Below, one piece after another: positions 60,601-64,000 of a stretch of DNA of 64,000 nt. Source of the stretch: Anaeramoeba ignava BMAN (lineage: Eukaryota > Protista > Anaeramoebae); the NCBI GenBank assembly GCA_028826165.1, contig JAPDFW010000135.1:62707-126706 (forward strand), in the 5' to 3' direction. The notes under the pieces were generated by a model, which made no database searches, was not told where the DNA came from, and saw only the letters and a program-made list of their open reading frames with translations. Position numbers and translations under genes: made by a program. Positions within the stretch are counted from its first letter, which is position 1, and every line of letters starts with the position of its first letter.

Positions 60601-62883
60601 TTTATAATTTTTATTTATAATTTAATTTATAATTTAATTTATATTTTAATTTATAATTTATTTATAATTTATTTTAAATTTATTTTTAATTTTGTTTATA
60701 GTTTTTTATTTTATATTTTAATTATAATTTATAATTTTGTTTTATAATTTAATTTATAATTTTTATTTATTTATTATATTTTTATTTATTTTTTATTTAT
60801 AATTTTATTTATAATTTTATTTTATAGTTGAATTTTATAATTTAATTTATAATTGCAATTTTATTTTTTTTTTTGTTTTTAATTTTATAAATTTTGTTTT
60901 TTAATTTTATAGTTTTTTTATTTTTAATTTTATTTATTATTTTTTTTAGTTTTTATATTTTTAATTTATAATTTTATTTTATAATTTTAATTTTTAATTT
61001 TATTTATATAATTTTAAGTTTTTTATTTATTTAGAATTTATTTTCATTTTTTGTTTATAATAATTTATTTATATTTTTTAATTTATTGTTTTTATTTATA
61101 ATTTAATTTATAATTTTTATTTTTATGTTTTTATTTATGATTTTAATTTTATTTTAGATTTTATAATTTTATTTTATAGTTTTTATTTTTTATAATTTTA
61201 TTTATAATTTTTTTATAGTTTTTTATTTTTATTTTGTTTTAATTTTTTTATTTATAATTTTATTTATAATTTATATTTTATAATTTTTTTTATAATTTTT
61301 AGTTTTATGATTTTTGATTTATAATTTTGTTTTATATTTTTTATTTATGATTTTATTTTATATTTTTTATTTATAAATTTTTATTTATATTTAATTTATA
61401 ATTTTATTTATAATTTTTAATTTATAATTTAATTTATAATTTTTATTTATAAATTTTGTTTACTCAGTTTAGTTTTTTTGTTTATAGTTTTTAATTTATA
61501 GTTTTTAATTTTACAATTTAATTTATATTTTAATTTATATTTTTATTTATAGTTTTTATTTATAATTTTAATTTATAATTTAATTTATAATTTAATTTAT
61601 AATTTTATTTATAGTTTAATTTTATAATTTTATTTTAATTTTTGTTTATTTTTATTTTAATTTTATAATTTAATTTATAATTTTATAATTTTATATTTAT
61701 ATAATTTTATTTATAATTTTATTTATAATTTTTGTTTATAATTTTATTTATATAATTTTATTTTTATTTTGATTTTATTTAATTTCAATTTTATTTTTAT
61801 TTATAATTTAATTTTTATAAGTTTTTATTTATAATTTTATTTATATTTTTATTTATAATTTTAATTTTAAGTTTTTATTTATAGTTTTTATTTTTATAGT
61901 TTTTTGATTTTATAATTTATTTTATAGTTTTTTATTTATAAGTTTTTATTTTATAATGATTTATTTATAATTTTTATTTATAATTTTAATTTATAATTTT
62001 ATTTATTTATTTATTTTTTTTTATTTATTTTTATGGTTTTTTAATTTATAATTTTATTTTGCCTAATTTTTATTTTATAATTTTGTTTATAATTTTATTT
62101 TATAGTTTTAATTTTATATTTATAATTTTATAATTTTATTTATAATTTTATTTATAATTTTTATTTTTTGTTTATGATTTTATATATTTATTTTTTTGTA
62201 TTTATAATTTATAATTTATAATTTAATTTATAATTTTATTTATAGTTGGTTTATAATTTTTTTTATTATTTAATTTATAATTTTTATTTATAATTTAATT
62301 TATTATTTTATAGTTTTTTAAGTTTAATTTTCATTTTTTATTTTTAATTTTAATTTCATTTTTTAATTGGTTTTTATTAGTTTAATTTAATTTATAATTT
62401 TTTTTTTTATTTTTTATTTATAATTTTATTTTATATTTTTAGTTTTTTGTTTTATATTTTTATTTATAAGTTTTATTTATAATTTAATTTTATAATTTAA
62501 TTTATTATAATTTAATTTATAATTTTATTTATAATTTTATTTATAATTTTTATTTATAATTTTTATATAATTTTATTTATAATTTTATTTATAATTTTAT
62601 TTATAATTTTATTTATAATTCAAACAAACCTTTAAAAAGGAAATGGTTTTAAAAAGAGTATTCATATAATTTTAACATATTGGAACTTACGAAGAGAAAT
62701 AAATTGATAAATATTTAAACAAATAAAAGGAAATTTATAAAAATTGACCATCAGATAATTTCAAAGTAAATCTATCAAAACAAGAAGAATTAACCAATTC
62801 CAATAATTTGAAGAATAGGTTCTTTAACAGTTTTTCCTTGTACAATATCTATAATTGAACCACTTGTTAAAAGGAGAATTCAT
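54621..62883 (-). CDS. Large N/Q-rich protein: N-terminal RPA70N-like OB fold, beta-rich middle, C-terminal Cys/His finger (3.4 kb intron, several frame errors)
   Basis: From ATG 62883: [20 protein letters not shown]...RFTLKLSDG; after the intron [16 protein letters not shown]; ends CFNC...CP...[10 protein letters not shown]. Continuity as one gene is inferred across indels. Confidence 0.5.
59210..62629 (-). repeat. ~3.4 kb intron of degenerate (ATAAATAAAATT)n repeat
   Basis: GTTTGT donor at 62629 and TAG acceptor at 59210 (minus strand); the interior is noisy. Confidence 0.8.
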
Positions 62884-62889
62884 TTTAAA

Positions 62890-62935
62890 TAAAAATGAAA
62901 AATGAAAAATGAAAAATGAAAAATGAAAAATGATT
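62890..62935 (-). promoter_or_regulatory. Initiator-like (TTTTCA)n / TCATTTT element upstream of ATG (representative example)
   Basis: The same motif lies shortly upstream of most start codons in the window. Confidence 0.55.
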
Positions 62936-62942
62936 TTTATTT

Positions 62943-64000
62943 TTAAATTATTTTCAAAATTCTTTTTAATAATTGTGTTGGATTGAAAGGAAAAGATTCT
63001 TTTTGATATGACAGAACTTGATGATTGATAAATACAACTTCATAAATATTTTCTGTATTCCTTCTTTTTCTTCCTTAAATCTTCTTCATCAATTTTTCTT
63101 TTTATTTTATTTAAATTTTTAATTTCAAATAATTTGAATAAAATTTTAAGAAATGAAACAAATAAACTAACACAAGTTCGCTCATTTCCGCGCTTAGAAT
63201 CAATCAAGTAATATTGCATGATCGAAACCTAATTTCTTGAGCAAATATTTCAAACATTTTAATTGGTGAAAAATTTAATCTAAAATTTGAAATTTTTCAT
63301 CTGATTTTAGCTTTAATTTTAAATAAATAAAAAAGAAAATCATCAAGAATTTGAATCAAAAGTTCATCATTTGAAAAACTAAATCAATTATAATTTTTGG
63401 ATTGTTTAAAAACTGTTGAAGATATTGATTGATTTCTATCATTTTAAAAATGTTGATAATTTTTCATTTATATTTTTCCTTGTTTATATTTTCTAAAGTT
63501 AATTTGGATAATCTAAAAATAAAGAAATGGAAAATTGTTTCAATTCTTCTTCATTTCCAAATAAAACTGATGAATTTTCTATGATTTTATTTGATAATTT
63601 TTGTATTTGTTGATGATCTAATATTTTCAATTTTTGAAATGGAATATAAAAGTTGCAATAATTTTTGGCAGCTTGGTTCATAATTAGAGGTAATAACTCG
63701 TAAAACTTGAGGAAAAGGCAATAAAATTTTTGTTCTCTTTGAAATGTATGTAGCGATCAATTAAGGTTTCAAGAAGGATTGTAAGAACAAATTGGTAATT
63801 TGACCAATTAAAATTAATAATGTAGATTTTGTTCATAAAATTGTCTTCTAATGCATATTTGCATTGTTATTCTTGGCTGAATACTGATAGTTTCCTGCGG
63901 TGCGTTCTTTTGTCTTCTATTTTAGATTTGTTATTTTGAGACTATCAATAATTATATCTTCGTTGCTTTTGATAATAATAATAAGCAATTTGCCAGTAGA
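62943..64000 (-). CDS. Protein Lines (LINS1) homologue, C-terminal part (frame errors; 5' end outside window)
   Basis: Manual translation gives LGFDHAILLD.ILSAE near 63200 and FPFNPTQLLKRILKII* (stop 62943), the two Lines C-terminal motifs. Confidence 0.65.

Noticed and set aside
58740-63240. Stop-codon reassignment (apparent in-frame TAA/TGA)
   Set aside because: TAA, TAG and TGA all terminate well-conserved genes in this window. The local stops sit in an indel-rich, low-quality region.
1-64000. Inteins, tRNA/rRNA genes, telomeric repeats
   Set aside because: No Hint-domain C...HN-C/S/T insertion, cloverleaf, rRNA-like segment or G-rich telomere array was recognised by eye; a covariance/HMM search was not possible.

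Overview
Extremely AT-rich eukaryotic (protist) genomic DNA. It has GT-AG introns, standard stop codons, poly-QN/EN low-complexity proteins and a TCATTTT initiator-like motif before most start codons. By inference it is a metamonad-like anaerobe and resembles Anaeramoeba; this is not proven. The two flanks (1-22.8 kb and 49.7-64 kb) carry mostly intron-containing housekeeping genes: Sam50, a degenerate CCT-alpha, TTC1, a DHHC-type acyltransferase, a LolD-like ABC ATPase, Psf3, SH3-RasGAP, RWD-F-box-LRR, Vti1, Tsr2, HMG, DUF445, an AGFG-type ArfGAP, a nitroreductase, an RPA70N-containing protein and a Lines homologue. Several of their introns are inflated by microsatellites. Between the flanks lies a ~26 kb intronless island (23.0-49.5 kb) of duplicated genes: 4 RCC1-BTB-BTB copies plus 3 fragments, a SKICH/Ig-like-array-BTB-BTB gene, a Ras-BTB-BTB gene, 3 TLDc genes, 3 divergent actins, a cyclin and a Pol-beta-type nucleotidyltransferase. 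The most striking signal is antibody-like diversification. The RCC1 propellers and the Ig-like repeats have near-identical frameworks but hypervariable loops, and both are fused to the same tandem-BTB module. This suggests a variable-receptor/Cullin-3 ubiquitin-ligase surveillance system. Many single-base frameshifts fall in homopolymers and are probably long-read assembly errors, so calls of 'pseudogene' versus 'intact' are uncertain. All family assignments come from motif recognition by eye; no database search was run.
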